The notes beneath the pieces are model-generated. The model ran no database searches. It saw nothing but the letters and a program-made list of their open reading frames with translations, and was not told where the DNA came from. Both the position numbers and the translations under genes were made by a program. From an uncultured Planctomycetota bacterium (lineage in GTDB: Bacteria; Planctomycetota; Planctomycetia; Isosphaerales; Isosphaeraceae), in the NCBI GenBank assembly GCA_963845755.1, contig CAWJTV010000019.1:1-64000 (forward strand): a stretch of 64,000 bases of DNA, read 5' to 3'. Shown piece by piece: positions 1 to 11,093 of this stretch (the stretch's first letter is position 1; each line of letters begins with the position of its first letter).

Positions 1-103
1 TTAGCGACAATTAGAATTCCCGCCCAGCGACAATCAGAATTCCCGCCTCCTCTCGCTTGCCTGTTCACTACGTGGTTTCCTCCTAGGTCAGGAGGCAACC
101 GCC

Positions 104-1584
104 ATGACCAAGGACACCCAGGTTCTCAAGCTTCGCCAGCTTCTCGGCGAGGGAATCCGCTCTACCTTGCGGCTTGGAAGGTGGGTATGGACGCCAAGAC
201 CGCTCAAAAGTACCGAGACTCGGATCGCCTGCCCAGTGAATCGTGGACCCCAAGACCTGGCGGACCCGGGAGGATCCGTTCCAGGAAGTCTGGCCGGAAC
301 TCCACGATCGGCTGGTGCTCAACCCGGGGCTCAAGCCAAGACCCTGTTTGAGGATCTTCAGCATCGCTTCCCGGGCCGGTTCCCCGACGGCCAACTCCGG
401 ACCTTGCAACGGAAGATCAAAGCGTGGCGGGCCACCGAGGGTCCACCCAAGGAGGTTTTCTTCGATCAGATCCACACGCCCGGCGCGTTGGCGCCTCCGA
501 CTTCACTTCCCTGAACGATTTGCAGGTCACACTCGCTGGCCAATCGTTCGATCACCTGGTCTATCACTTCGTTCTGACCTACTCCAACTGGGAGACCGGC
601 ACCGTCTGTTTCTCCGAAAGTTTCGAGAGCCTCAGCCAGGGGCTCCAGAACGCCCTCTGGGAACTGGGAGGGGTTCCCCAGACTCATCGCACCGATCGGC
701 TCACGGCCGCGGTCAACAACCTCGGCGATCGGGACTTGTTCCAGCAACGATACCGCGCCTTGATGGCCCACTATGGCATGGCACCTCAAGCCATCCAGGC
801 CGGTAAGGCCAACCAGAACGGAGACGCCGAACAGAGTCATAACCGGTTCAAACAAGCGATGGATCAGGCCCTGATGTTGCGCAGCGGCCGCGATTTCGCC
901 GACCGAGCAGCCTACGAGCTGTTCCTTCGCCAGGTCTTCGCTCCAGCGCAACAGCGGACGGACCCGCGGTTCACCGAGGAACGACTGTTGCTGAAGGACC
1001 TCCCCTCGCGGCGGGTGGACGCCTGGCACCGGCGCCGGGTGCGGGTCACCCAGGGGAGTACGATCCGGGTTGGCTCCAACACCTACTCGGTGCCGAGCCG
1101 ACTCATCGGTGAACAGGTCGATGTCCATGTGATGGCGGAATGCCTGGAGGTGTGGCACGGCGCGGTGCTGATTGAAAGGGTCCCTCGGCAGCGCGGCCAC
1201 AACAAACACGTGATTAACTATCGGCACGTGATCGACTGGTTGGTGCGCAAGCCGGGGGCGTTCGCGGCCTATCGGCACCGGGACGCGATGTTCCCAACCG
1301 GCCGGTTTCGCCGAGCCTACGACGTCTTGCTGGCACAAAGCCCGGCCCGCGCCACCAAGGATTATCTCCGGGTCCTGGAGTTGGCGGCGAAGGAGTCGGA
1401 AGTCGGGGTCGACGCCGTCCTGGGCCGGCTCTTGGACGGGAACATGCCGATCACCCCGACCGTCGTCACGGAGCACCTGGGTCACGACCTGGGCCTGCCT
1501 CCGCGATGGAGGTGGTCGTCACGACGGTGGATTTGTCGATGTACGACCTGTTACTCGAGACCAGGGAGGATATTCCATCAGTAA
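104..1584 (+). CDS. istA: IS21 transposase IstA (frameshifted, possibly sequencing error)
   Basis: Pieces in several frames: WRTREDPFQEVWPE, SDFT...LTYSNWE, HRTDRLTAAV, NQNGDAEQSH, NTYSVPSRLIG. Confidence 0.85.
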
Positions 1585-1594
1585 GCCAATCGAT

Positions 1595-2370
1595 GTGCAT
1601 GAGTCTCTGACGGACTGCCTTCGCGAGCTCCACCTGCCGACGATCCGGCAGGCGTACGAATCGGCGGCGGCACGAGCCCGTCAGGAGTCGACCAGTTACG
1701 AACGTTACCTCCTGGATCTGGCGGAGCGCGAGTGCGAGTCGCGGCGTTCCCACCGGGTCGAGCGGTTGTTGCGAGAATCGAGGCTGTTCATGGAAAAGAA
1801 CCTGTCAAGCCTGGACCTGAAGCGACTGCCGTCCAAGGCGGCGCAGCAGGTCAGAACTCTGCTCGAAGGCGATTTTGTTGGACGAAATGACAATGTGCTC
1901 ATATTCGGGAATCCCGGCAGTGGCAAGAGCCACGTGGCGTGCGCGATCGGGCAGGAACTGATCCGCTCGGGGCGGAAGGTGATGTTCGCGACGTGCGCCT
2001 TGATGGTTCAAGATCTGTTGGCCGCGAAGTGCGACCTGAAGCTTCGCGGTTTTCTCAAGAAGATTTCCCGATATGAGGTGCTGATCCTTGACGATATTGG
2101 ATACGTACAATACAGCCGGGACGAGATGGAGGTGCTCTTCAACCTGCTGGCGGAACGGTACGACGCGGGAGCGTGATGCTGACGAGCAACCTGCCGTTTT
2201 CGGGATGGGAGGCGATCTTCAAGGATCCGATGACGACCGCCGCCGCCATCGACCGGCTGGTGCACCATAGCGTGATCGTGGAGTTGAACGTTCCGAGCTA
2301 CCGAGCCGAGCAGGCCAAGAAGTCGCGTCAAAAGCCGGTGGAACCGACAGACGCACGAGAGGAGGGATGA
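1595..2370 (+). CDS. istB: IS21 helper ATPase IstB (frameshift near 2165)
   Basis: Walker A GNPGSGKS, Walker B LILDDIG, and LTSNLPFSGW...AAIDRLVHH in the next frame. Confidence 0.9.
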
Positions 2371-2818
2371 ACGAGCGCAGGAATGGTTGATCCCAGAGGC
2401 GAGAGGGATGGTCAATTGGCCAGAATCCCAGGGGCTTGTACACTATGGCCGAGTAGGGAATTCTAATTGTCGTCAACAGGGAAATCTAATTGTCGCTAAT
2501 CAGATGTGCTGGTAAACGGCCCAGCTCTTTAGCCCGTGGAAGTGCTTGTCTCGCCTCTTGTACCGCTCGGGCAGAAACCCCTTCCGACAATCCTCGCACT
2601 GGTGGCGGAGAGCGGTGCAGCGGACGACCTGCCTGCGGATGCCACCCGGTGTAAACTTGAGGTCGTAGGCGAGCTTGACACTTTTCTTCTTGCCGACCCG
2701 GATGATCCGGTTCCCGTTGCAGAATGGGCACGAATCGCTCGTGATCTCGACTTCCCTATTCACGGGCAGATTCGACCGCTTCTTCTGCTTGCGTTGGCTC
2801 AGACAGGCCCGCCTGACC

Positions 2819-4105
2819 CAGGGCTAGCGCTAACTGTGGCTAGATTGGGCAACCTGGGTCATGTTTTCTTTTTGTGATCCTTTGTCTATCATTCTCGATG
2901 GCGCTCCCTTTGCGACTACCCACGGAGGATGGACCATGGCGGAAGTTCGGCGGATCGGTCTGGACGAGGTCGCACGGCACTTCGAGGAGTTGGAGGACCC
3001 GCGCTCCTCGGTCAATCGCAAGCATCCCCTGGTCAGCGTGGTCATCATCGCCGTGATGGCGGTCCTGGCCGGCGCCAACGGACCCACCGCGATCGCCAAA
3101 TGGGCCGCCCTCAAGGAGGAGTTCCTCGTGGCAAACCTGGACTTGCCCGATGGGGTCCCGCGCAAGGATGTCTTCCGTCGCGTTCTGATGGCCCTGCGGC
3201 CGGGGGCCTTCCAGGCCTGTTTTGTGAGCTGGCTGGAGTCGCTGCGCACCGAGGCGGCCGCGGCGACCGGCGTGGAGCAGCCCGTCCTCGCGGTCGACGG
3301 CAAGACGGCGCGGCGGAGCCACGATCGCCAGAACGGCCTGGGCGCGTTGCATTCGGTCAGCATCTGGGCCAGCGAGTTCGGCCTGACGCTGGGGCAGGTG
3401 GCCTGCGCCGAGAAGTCCCACGAGATCACGGCGATCCCCGAGGTCCTGCGGCTGGTGGACATCAGGGGGGCGATCATCACCATCGACGCGATCGGGGCCC
3501 AGAAGGCGATCGCGGCGGAGATCATCGACGGCGAGGGGGACTACGTCCTGGCGCTGAAAGGGAACCAGGAGACGCTCCATCAGGCGGTCATCGATCACAT
3601 CCACGAACAACTCGAGGGCGAGTTGGAGGGGGCCCAAGAGCAGGTAACGACCGAGAAGGGCCATGGGCGCCAGGAGACGCGTACGTATCTCCAGATCCCG
3701 GCCCCCGAGGGCCTGCCGGGGTTCGGGCTCTGGAAGGCGCTGAAGACGATCGCGGTGGTGACCTCGCTGTGCGTCCGCGACGGGAAACAGAGCGTCGAGG
3801 TCCGGTACTACATCAGCAGCCTGACCATGGACGTGAAGCGGCTGGCGAGGGCTGTCCGGGGCCACTGGGGTATCGAGAATAGCTGCCATTGGGTGCTCGA
3901 CGTGACCTATCGCGAGGACGAGTCGCGGATCCGCGAGGAGGCGCTGCGGGAGAACTTCGCCTGGCTCAACCGCTTCACGTTGTCGCTCTTGAAACAGCAT
4001 CCCGACCGCACCAGCCTCGCCATGAAACGTCGTAGTTGTGGCTGGAACGAAAACTACTTGCTGCAAGTCCTTACCGGATCTACATGTTAGTATGCGCTGG
4101 CCCTG
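2819..4105 (+). mobile_element. ISAs1-family insertion sequence
   Basis: IRs CAGGGCTAGCGC / GCGCTGGCCCTG; 10-bp TSD CCGCCTGACC at 2809-2818 and 4106-4115. Confidence 0.95.
2936..4090 (+). CDS. ISAs1 transposase
   Basis: GGAGG RBS; motifs LEDPR, AVDGKT, ITIDA, LALKGNQ, KGHGRQETR, HWGIENSCHWVLDV. Confidence 0.95.
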   Translation: MAEVRRIGLDEVARHFEELEDPRSSVNRKHPLVSVVIIAVMAVLAGANGPTAIAKWAALKEEFLVANLDLPDGVPRKDVFRRVLMALRPGAFQACFVSWLESLRTEAAAATGVEQPVLAVDGKTARRSHDRQNGLGALHSVSIWASEFGLTLGQVACAEKSHEITAIPEVLRLVDIRGAIITIDAIGAQKAIAAEIIDGEGDYVLALKGNQETLHQAVIDHIHEQLEGELEGAQEQVTTEKGHGRQETRTYLQIPAPEGLPGFGLWKALKTIAVVTSLCVRDGKQSVEVRYYISSLTMDVKRLARAVRGHWGIENSCHWVLDVTYREDESRIREEALRENFAWLNRFTLSLLKQHPDRTSLAMKRRSCGWNENYLLQVLTGSTC

Positions 4106-6124
4106 CCGCCTGACCGCCCTGCTGGTGCGGACGAAGACCTTGTCGCGTTGGTAGTCGAAGTAAGCACAGCGGTTGACGTGGTCGAAGTCCTGGAGTGCGA
4201 ACTTGGGACGGCACCACTGGTGGCAACGTGACGGGGCGACATCGTCCGCCCACACAACGGCCGGAGAAGACGAGGTAGATGTCGCCTCTGCACCCCGGAT
4301 TCGTCCGGCGTCGGCGAGAGCCTTGACGAACTCCGTCACCTGCTTCAGGGCGGTACAGTCCTCGGCGTTGTAGATATGGAGCTTCTCCTTCCAGACTGCT
4401 TTCCGACTTTCCTGCCAGCGCGCACCGCCACACCAGGCTCTGCAAGCCTGAGGCATCTTCGTCCGACCATGTGCAGCCCAGGTATCGGCCCACGTCCTTG
4501 AGTCCGTTGGAGAAGGCGGGAAAGTACACATTGGAGTGGATGGCGGACAGGACGTTCACGGCGTTGGCGAGCAGGCGGTCCACGAGCTTCGTCCGCTTCA
4601 CGACCTTCCTCATCCGTTGCAGCAATCTCCTCTCGTAGTTGCCGTAATGAAACAAGACAAAGTCCTCGCGGCCGTCCAGCAGGTCCAGGAAACCGTCGAA
4701 TACCTCCACCTCCTGGTCCGGGCCATCCGCCCAGAAGGAGTGCATCTTCTGGCCGGCGCCCTCGACCACGAGGACGCCCAACAAGTAGGCGAAACGACCA
4801 TCCTCGACGCCCTCGGCGTCGAAGAACACCTGCACCTGCTTGTATGGGATGTCGGGCGTGCCATAGACGTGGACCTTCTTCTCGCGGATGGCCAGTGCCT
4901 GCAAGGCAGCGTAGTGGGGATAGCTTGTTCGCTTGACTCGCTTGCCTCTTTTCCGGGGGCGGAAGGTGCAGGATAGCTGCATCAGGGTGAAGATCCCTTT
5001 GCGGTTGTACCTCTTCAACTCCTTCTCGCCCACGCCCGCGAGCAGGCTGATGTCGTCCGCCTTCTCCGCCTGCGTGCGGCATCGTTGCCGGAACTCGCAG
5101 AGGTGACAATGCTTGTTGAGCGTCAGTTTCGGTAGCTCGCCGCCTGCCCGGAGTTGCTTGACCTCGTCCAACACCTGCTCCGCCTGCCGGTAGAGCTTCG
5201 CGTCCAGGCAGACCTTGCCCAGGCGGCCATCGAGGCCACGGGTGACCAGCCCCACGACGGGCCGCACCCCCTGCACGCGGGCGAGGATCAGTCCAAGCAC
5301 GGCAAGCAGCAGTTTCCGGGGCTGGCCGATCTTGTCCCCATGGTTGTGCAGGACAGGCAGGTAGTGGTGTTCGCCTAGCTTCGAGATCCCGTCCGCCCGT
5401 TTGAGGGCGTCGAGGCGGATCGACATGCCGTCGTCCTCAAGTGTGGCGTCCGCCAGCACCGGTGCTCCCTGCTGCAACGTTGCGGCCGTGATGGCGTTCC
5501 CTCGGTAGGCGTTGCCCCGCCCAAAGCGGGTGACGAGCTGAGCGAGGGACACTTCCCGCGACGCTTGGCTGGCCGCCTCGGTCATTAGCTCGTAGTCCGA
5601 CCTGATGCCGGTCTCACCGACGAGCTTCAGGTGCCCCCTGGTCTTGCAGTTCACATACCCTTCCATGATCTCGTTGGTGATCTTCATGGCTGCGTCCCTC
5701 CACGGATGCTCCTCTCCGGCAGGGCGTGACGACGCCCGTCGCCTTCGATCGTGCTGGAGATTGCCTGTTGGCCTGAAAGATGGCAGCTTCCGGGTGCCGC
5801 TGTTTCGTCGGCCGGGCGAATGGATAGTCATTATAGGCCGAGCGCCACCCCCTGACGATGCGGTGGTTGGCGATGGGCGGACCATGGTTCGTGGCTGGCC
5901 AACGACGGAGTCGAGGGTCGGCCTTCCGCAGGATCGCCTCGGGTTATGTGGCGTTCGAGGTTGATGTTGCCCGTGTGAGAGGCGGGGGAGAGGTCGGGCG
6001 CAACATAATGAACTCCACAACATAATTGTAATAATATGGTCAGCCACATTACTACAAGGTCATGACGGGCTCGGATCGCATGCCGGTGCTGATCGATCAG
6101 CGGATTTGAGGCGACAGCCGCCGG

Positions 6125-6622
6125 TCAGCCTGCATCCGGGCCGACGTGCGTAATGAGGGGCGCGTCGAAGAGGGCCATCTCCTCGGGCGTCGGAGCCTGG
6201 AAGATGTCGGACCATCGGGACAGCGCATCGTCTTCGATCGGCGGATTCTCCATGCCCCGGCGTTGAATCCGGTCGAAGAGGAGGTCCAGGGGCGCGGAGA
6301 GATAATGCAACTCTACGGAGGCGCCGAGCGCCCGTGCCCCGAGTCGCAAGGCATCGCGCTCAGCCCTTCCCCATGTGCCCCATTCGATGATCACAGTGAG
6401 ACCGAGGGTAAGAAGCCGCTGGCCGAATCCCCATTGCAGCGCCTCGATCTTCGCGCGACGCTCTTCGTCATAGAGGTCGAGCGACAGCGCCTCCAACCAA
6501 TCGTCGGGGGAGAGCCGGACCGCGCGCAGGCTGCCTTCCAGCGCCTTCGCCAGCGTGGTCTTTCCCGAACCCGGCAAGCCGCAAACGATGATCAGTCTCG
6601 GCCCGGCGGCGTTACTTTCCAT
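6125..6622 (-). CDS. P-loop AAA_33/kinase-like protein
   Basis: IIVCGLPGSGKTT Walker A, followed by LSPDDW and VIIEWG. Confidence 0.8.
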   Translation of the reverse strand: MESNAAGPRLIIVCGLPGSGKTTLAKALEGSLRAVRLSPDDWLEALSLDLYDEERRAKIEALQWGFGQRLLTLGLTVIIEWGTWGRAERDALRLGARALGASVELHYLSAPLDLLFDRIQRRGMENPPIEDDALSRWSDIFQAPTPEEMALFDAPLITHVGPDAG

Positions 6623-6634
6623 GCGCGTGCGGCG

Positions 6635-6946
6635 TCAATTGCCCTCTGCCGCCTCCGCGAACTCGTCGTGCCGGCGGAACAGGAAGGCGACGCGTTCGCC
6701 GCGCCGTTCGAGCTCGTAGGGATAGAGCGTGTCGAACGGTCCGTCCTTATCGAGGCGGCCGCGCATGACGTGATTCCATTCGACGAGCGTGGGCATCATC
6801 GCGAAGAGCCGATCCTCCTCCTGTCCCGGCATCCGGACGAGGTGGCAGAACCGCTTGATCTCGTCGATCTTCAGCACCAGGCCGTCATGCGGACCGCGGT
6901 AGAATTCGGCGCGTGTGCCCGGCATGGGCATTCCTTTCGCATGCAA
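6635..6946 (-). CDS. hypothetical protein
   Basis: 103-aa ORF co-oriented 12 bp upstream of the ATPase, with protein-like composition. Confidence 0.55.
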   Translation of the reverse strand: MHAKGMPMPGTRAEFYRGPHDGLVLKIDEIKRFCHLVRMPGQEEDRLFAMMPTLVEWNHVMRGRLDKDGPFDTLYPYELERRGERVAFLFRRHDEFAEAAEGN

Positions 6947-7034
6947 GGATGGATCTGATCCGTAGCCTGGGTGCCTCCTATGCTATTTTACCATCCCGGC
7001 ACCATCTGGCCAGCCGAACAGATATGGGTTAAGA

Positions 7035-7667
7035 TTGCTGCATGCGTTGCTTCCTGGCCGTCTTCCTGGTCGCGCTCTCCATACCCGCCTTTGGGATGAC
7101 GCCGTGCGCGTCGTCGGCATCTCCGACGGCGACACGATCACGGTCCTCACCGCGGCGAAGAAGCAGGTCAAGGTCCGGCTCTGGGGGATCGACGCGCCGG
7201 AGACGGGGCAGGACTTCGGCAGCCGCGCCAAGCAGGGTGCCGCCAGCCTCGCGTTCGGCAAGCAGGTCACCATCCGCGTCCGCGATACCGACGGCTACGG
7301 TCGCACCGTGGCCGAGGTGATCCTGCCGGACGGCCGCTCGATGAACCGCGAGATGGTCGGGCAAGGGATGGCCTGCTGGTACAAGCAATACGCCCCGCGC
7401 GACGCCGATCTTGCCCGGCTCGAGGCCGAGGCGAAGGCAGCGAGGATCGGGCTATGGAGCCAGCCGAATCCCGTCCCGCCATGGTACTGGTGGCATGGCG
7501 AGGGCGTTCCTGAGACGGCGGACGTTAAGGGGAACCGACGAAGCCGTGTCTCTCACAAGCCGAGCTGCCGGGCCGCAGCGGTAAGGAGCGAGAAGAATAG
7601 GGTGACCTTCGCCAGCGAGGCGGACGCGGAGAAGGCCGGGTATCGGAAGGCAGGGGATTGTCGGTAG
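7035..7667 (+). CDS. Thermonuclease (SNase) family protein with C-terminal Ada-like metal-binding tail; N-terminal signal probably in a shifted frame
   Basis: VVGISDGDTI, VRLWGIDAPE, DGYGRT, ARIGLWS, and tail GNRRSRVSHKPSC...GYRKAGDC. The ORF at 7042 gives signal-like MRCFLAVFLVALSIPAFG. Confidence 0.85.
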   Translation: MLHALLPGRLPGRALHTRLWDDAVRVVGISDGDTITVLTAAKKQVKVRLWGIDAPETGQDFGSRAKQGAASLAFGKQVTIRVRDTDGYGRTVAEVILPDGRSMNREMVGQGMACWYKQYAPRDADLARLEAEAKAARIGLWSQPNPVPPWYWWHGEGVPETADVKGNRRSRVSHKPSCRAAAVRSEKNRVTFASEADAEKAGYRKAGDCR

Positions 7668-7691
7668 GACGCGCGATCCCTGAAATTGAAT

Positions 7692-7766
7692 TGGCGAGGG
7701 GATGGGATTCGAACCCATGTCTCCGGGGTTCTAGCCCGGTGAGTTGACCGCTACTCTACCCCTGCG
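7692..7766 (-). tRNA. tRNA-like sequence, anticodon AGA, imperfect acceptor stem (possible pseudo-tRNA)
   Basis: Minus strand reads GCAGGGG TA GAGT AGCGGTCA ACTC A CCGGG CTAGAAC CCCGG AGAC ATGGG TTCGAAT CCCAT CCCCTCG CCA. The D, anticodon and T arms pair perfectly. Confidence 0.65.
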
Positions 7767-7796
7767 CCACCATCGTACGGCAGTTACGAACAGCGG

Positions 7797-7904
7797 TCAC
7801 GGCTTCTTGGGCGAAGTGGCAGACTTCACCGGAACGGCCTTCGGAGCCGCAGCCTTCTTGGGCTTCTTCTTTTCCTTGGTCTGCGAATGGTTGCCTTTGC
7901 CCAT
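7797..7904 (-). CDS. 35-aa Lys/Ala/Pro-rich small protein
   Basis: MGKGNHSQTKEKKKPKKAAAPKAVPVKSATSPKKP*, translated by hand; below the ORF-track cutoff. Confidence 0.5.
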   Translation of the reverse strand: MGKGNHSQTKEKKKPKKAAAPKAVPVKSATSPKKP

Positions 7905-8038
7905 CGTCGTCGCCTTGATTTGGGGACTAGGTGGATATCACAAGAGTGTCCGTCCGGTGAAGTGCATCTACAAAGCGGCGTGACTCCCCGCGATGATAGT
8001 GCTGTCGGGGCCAGTGGTCCCGTCAGGGAGATCACGCC

Positions 8039-8404
8039 GTGTCTCGAAGCCGAACCATCGATCTACGATGGAATGCCCTCCTCAACGATTTCCGCAGGAG
8101 CGGTCTGACTCAAGCCGAGTTCTGCCGCCTTCGCCAAATCTCGCTTCACTCCTTCCGAAAGCATCTCTACCAGCCCGCCCCGGCCGATCGCACTCCCAGC
8201 GACGATCGTCCTTTCGCCAGTGCCGACCGCCATTTCCTCCCGGTCACTATCCTTCCCGATCCCATCCCGCCGAGCGCCGCCTCGGGACCCCACCTCGAAC
8301 TCATCCTCTCCAACGGACGTCGGATCGCCGTCGCCCCCGGATTCGACCCCCTGACCCTCCGCCATCTCATCGCGGTCGTGGAGGGACGCCCATGTTCGGA
8401 CTGA
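8039..8404 (+). CDS. tnpA: IS66 accessory protein TnpA
   Basis: SGLTQAEFCR HTH; FLPV...LELILSNGRRI; first ORF of the element. Confidence 0.85.
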   Translation: MSRSRTIDLRWNALLNDFRRSGLTQAEFCRLRQISLHSFRKHLYQPAPADRTPSDDRPFASADRHFLPVTILPDPIPPSAASGPHLELILSNGRRIAVAPGFDPLTLRHLIAVVEGRPCSD

Positions 8405-8726
8405 GCGCCGCGGTCCGCGTCTATCTCGCCAAACAGCCGGCCGACATGCGCAAGAGCTTTGACGGCCTGGCCGCCCTGGCATCAGGCAGCCTGGCGCTAG
8501 ATCCCCTCTCCGGTCATCTCTTCGTCTTCGTCAACAAGCGCCGCGACCGCATCAAGATCCTGTACTGGGATCGCGATGGCCTGGCCGTCTGGGCCAAGAA
8601 GTACGAGTAAGACTGCCCCCATCCTCTCGACTTTACAGGAATCGTCGGACACCCCCATAATCGCGCTGGCCGGCCTGATGCGGCTGGCGGAATGGATCGA
8701 AGCTCAACACCCCGTGATCCAAGGAG

Positions 8727-8924
8727 GTGCCCCATGTCGCGAGACGCCGGACTCGTTGCTCCCCCCCGCGCACGTCGGTCGTTCGGCCGTCGGTGCTGGA
8801 CCAACTCTGGAGCCGACTGACGGACGAGCAGCGTCAACGAACGCTGCTCACCCTCAGCGACATCGTGACTCGACAACTCGGCGCGCCTCGCACCGCTCAG
8901 GAGGTGCGCGATGAAATCTCGTGA
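8727..8924 (+). CDS. small protein overlapping the recombinase start (possible accessory or directionality factor; start uncertain because of a C-run)
   Basis: ...LDQLWSRLTDEQRQRTLLTLSDIVTRQL...EVRDEIS*; GGAGG before ATG 8734; conserved in copy 2. Confidence 0.5.
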   Translation: MPHVARRRTRCSPPRTSVVRPSVLDQLWSRLTDEQRQRTLLTLSDIVTRQLGAPRTAQEVRDEIS

Positions 8925-11093
8925 TGCACGGGCCGTCAATCGCACGGACAGATCAATCGACGAGACTCCATCGACCTCCACCTTCGGCCAGAGGTCGAGC
9001 TCGAAGATTGGCGATCGGCATCTCGATCGACTCGCGATCGTGTACGTGCGGCAGTCGACGCCGCAGCAAGTCCTCGAGAACCGCGAGTCTCGCGAACGGC
9101 AGTATGCTCTGGCGCAGTTCGCGCAACGGCTCGGTTGGCCCGCAGAGCGGGTGGTGATCATCGACGAGGATCAGGGCCACGGCGGCAAGTTGACCGACCA
9201 TCGCACGGGCTTCCAGCGGTTGATGACGGAAGTGAGCTTGAACCACGTGGGGATCGTGCTGGGGTTGGAGCTTAGCAGGGTGTCGCGGTCGAATACCGAA
9301 TGGCATCGTCTTATCGACGTCTGCGGCATCTTTCGCACCCTGCTATGCGATCAAGATGGCGTCTACGATGCCTTGGACAGTAACGATCGTCTCCTCCTTG
9401 GCATGAAAAGCGCAATGAGCGAATACGAATTGATTACTATGTACAATCGTTTGCTTCGAGGCAGTCGGAACAAAGCGGAGCGCGGCGAGCTGTTCCTGGC
9501 CGTTCCGCTGGGATACCTCAAGACGGCCACGGGCGAGATCATTCAAGAGCCTGACGAGCAGGCGCGTGGAATGATTCAGTTGGTGTTCGAGAAGTTCGAG
9601 GAACTCGGTTCCGCCTACGCGGTCTTCCGTTACCTGGTCGTGAACAACCTGCAACTGGGATTTCGCCGTCATCGCGGTGGGCGCATTGGGGAGCTGGAGT
9701 GGAAGCCAGCCTCTCCCAGTCGAGTCCTGTCGATCTTGCGACACCCCATCTATGCGGGGGCATACGCTTATGGCCTACATCGCGCGGGGACGAAGAATCC
9801 CACGACGGGTCGAGCCGAAGGCGGCAAGTGGTTCGTGCCGCCCGAGGAGTTGGCCGTGTTCCTGCCGGATCGGCTCCCAGCGTACATTAGCTGGGATCGC
9901 TATCTCGCGAATCAGGAACGCCTCAAACAGAATCGATCGCTCCACGACACGCGGGGCGTGCCCAAACGCGGCGAGGCCTTGCTGCCCGGCCTGGTCGTCT
10001 GTGGGAAATGCGGCCGCCACATGACGACGCGATACAAGGCCGACAAGAAGCCCGGCTATCACTGCGGCGAGTATTGGCGGCTGGCCCTGGACGAGCCGTG
10101 CGGGTGCATCTCGGCAAAGACGCTGGACGACCTGGTCGCGAAGGAAGTGCTCCGCGCGTTGGAGCCCGCTGCGCTGGACCTGAGCCTACGCGCGATCGAG
10201 AACGCCGAGCGAGAGGCGCAAGCGCCTCCACGACCATTGGCGTCAGACTCTGGAACTGCGCACGCCAGGAGGTCGAGAGGGCCGAGCGGCAGTATCAGGC
10301 CGTGGAGCCCGAGAACCGACTCGTGGCGCGGACACTCGAGGCGCGGTGGGAGGACGCGCTGAAGAAGCAGCGTCAAACGGAGGAGGATTACCATCGGTTC
10401 CTGACGAGACTGCCGGCGACGCTGAACGACGCCGATCGCCAACGGATTCGATCGCTCTCCGAGAGCGTCGCCGCGCTCTGGCACGCACCAGGCACGTCGG
10501 CGATGGATCGCAAGCAGATCGTGCGCTGCGCGGTGGAGCGGGTCATTGTCGTGGCCGACAAGGCGACTGAGCTCAACGAGGTAACGATCGTTTGGCTCGG
10601 CGGCATGACAACCCAACAGCAGGTCGCGAGGCCAGTCGGCAGGTATGAGCAATTGAAGGATTTTCGACGCCTCACGGAACGAATCAAGCAACTCCATCGA
10701 GAAGGACTTCACCTGTCGCAGATCGCCGCGCGGCTCAATGCCGAGGGCTTCGTCCCGCCGCGCCGTCGCGGCGTGTTCACGGCGGGAACGATCGGGGCGT
10801 TGGTCCGTGAACTTGGGCTGGTCGGAGAACTGTTCCGCGACGACCTCGTCGGCCAGGACGAGTGGTGGATCCCCGACTTGGCCGGGAAACTCGGCGTCAT
10901 CGCCCAGAAGGTCCATTATTGGATCAAGCAGGGTTGGGTCCATTCGCGGCGTACGCCTTCGGGAAAGCATCTGATCGTGTGGGCCGACAAGGACGAGGTT
11001 CGTCGCCTGCGACAACTGGCCAGACGAAAGAACTCCTGGATCGCCGCCCGGCACCCTGAGTTGGTCGTTCCCAAGGACCGTCCCGACCGGTAG
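8911..11093 (+). CDS. Large serine recombinase (resolvase + recombinase + Zn ribbon + coiled coil)
   Basis: YVRQST, IIDEDQG, ELSRVSRS, PLGY, CGKCG...YHC. Indels at 10210-10260 differ between the two copies and the consensus reads through to 726 aa. Confidence 0.9.

Larger units (their letters stand above)
1..2502 (+). mobile_element. IS21-family insertion sequence (left end clipped by about 3 bp at the window edge)
   Basis: TTAGCGACAATTAG at 1 is the inverse of CTAATTGTCGCTAA(TCA) ending 2502. Subterminal repeats AGCGACAAT(T/C)AGAATTCCC occur twice at the left end, with related copies at the right end. Contains an istA/istB pair. Confidence 0.9.
2503..5687 (-). pseudogene. TM0106-like RecB/PD-(D/E)xK nuclease with RNase H-like domain and Cys-rich IS66-type C-terminal region; interrupted by ISAs1 and IS21
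   Basis: Starts MKITNEIMEGYVNCK at 5687, then HCHLCEFRQRC, VFFDAEG, LFHYGNYE, SNGLKDVGRYLG and YNAEDC. After the ISAs1 it continues with CPFC...CEDC up to the IS21 end. Confidence 0.7.

Noticed and set aside
7729..7735. Amber suppressor (CTA) reading of the tRNA-like loop
   Set aside because: The stem register places CTA at loop positions 32-34, so the anticodon position reads AGA.
10205..10265. Programmed frameshift in the recombinase
   Set aside because: The indels differ between the two copies and the consensus is in frame.
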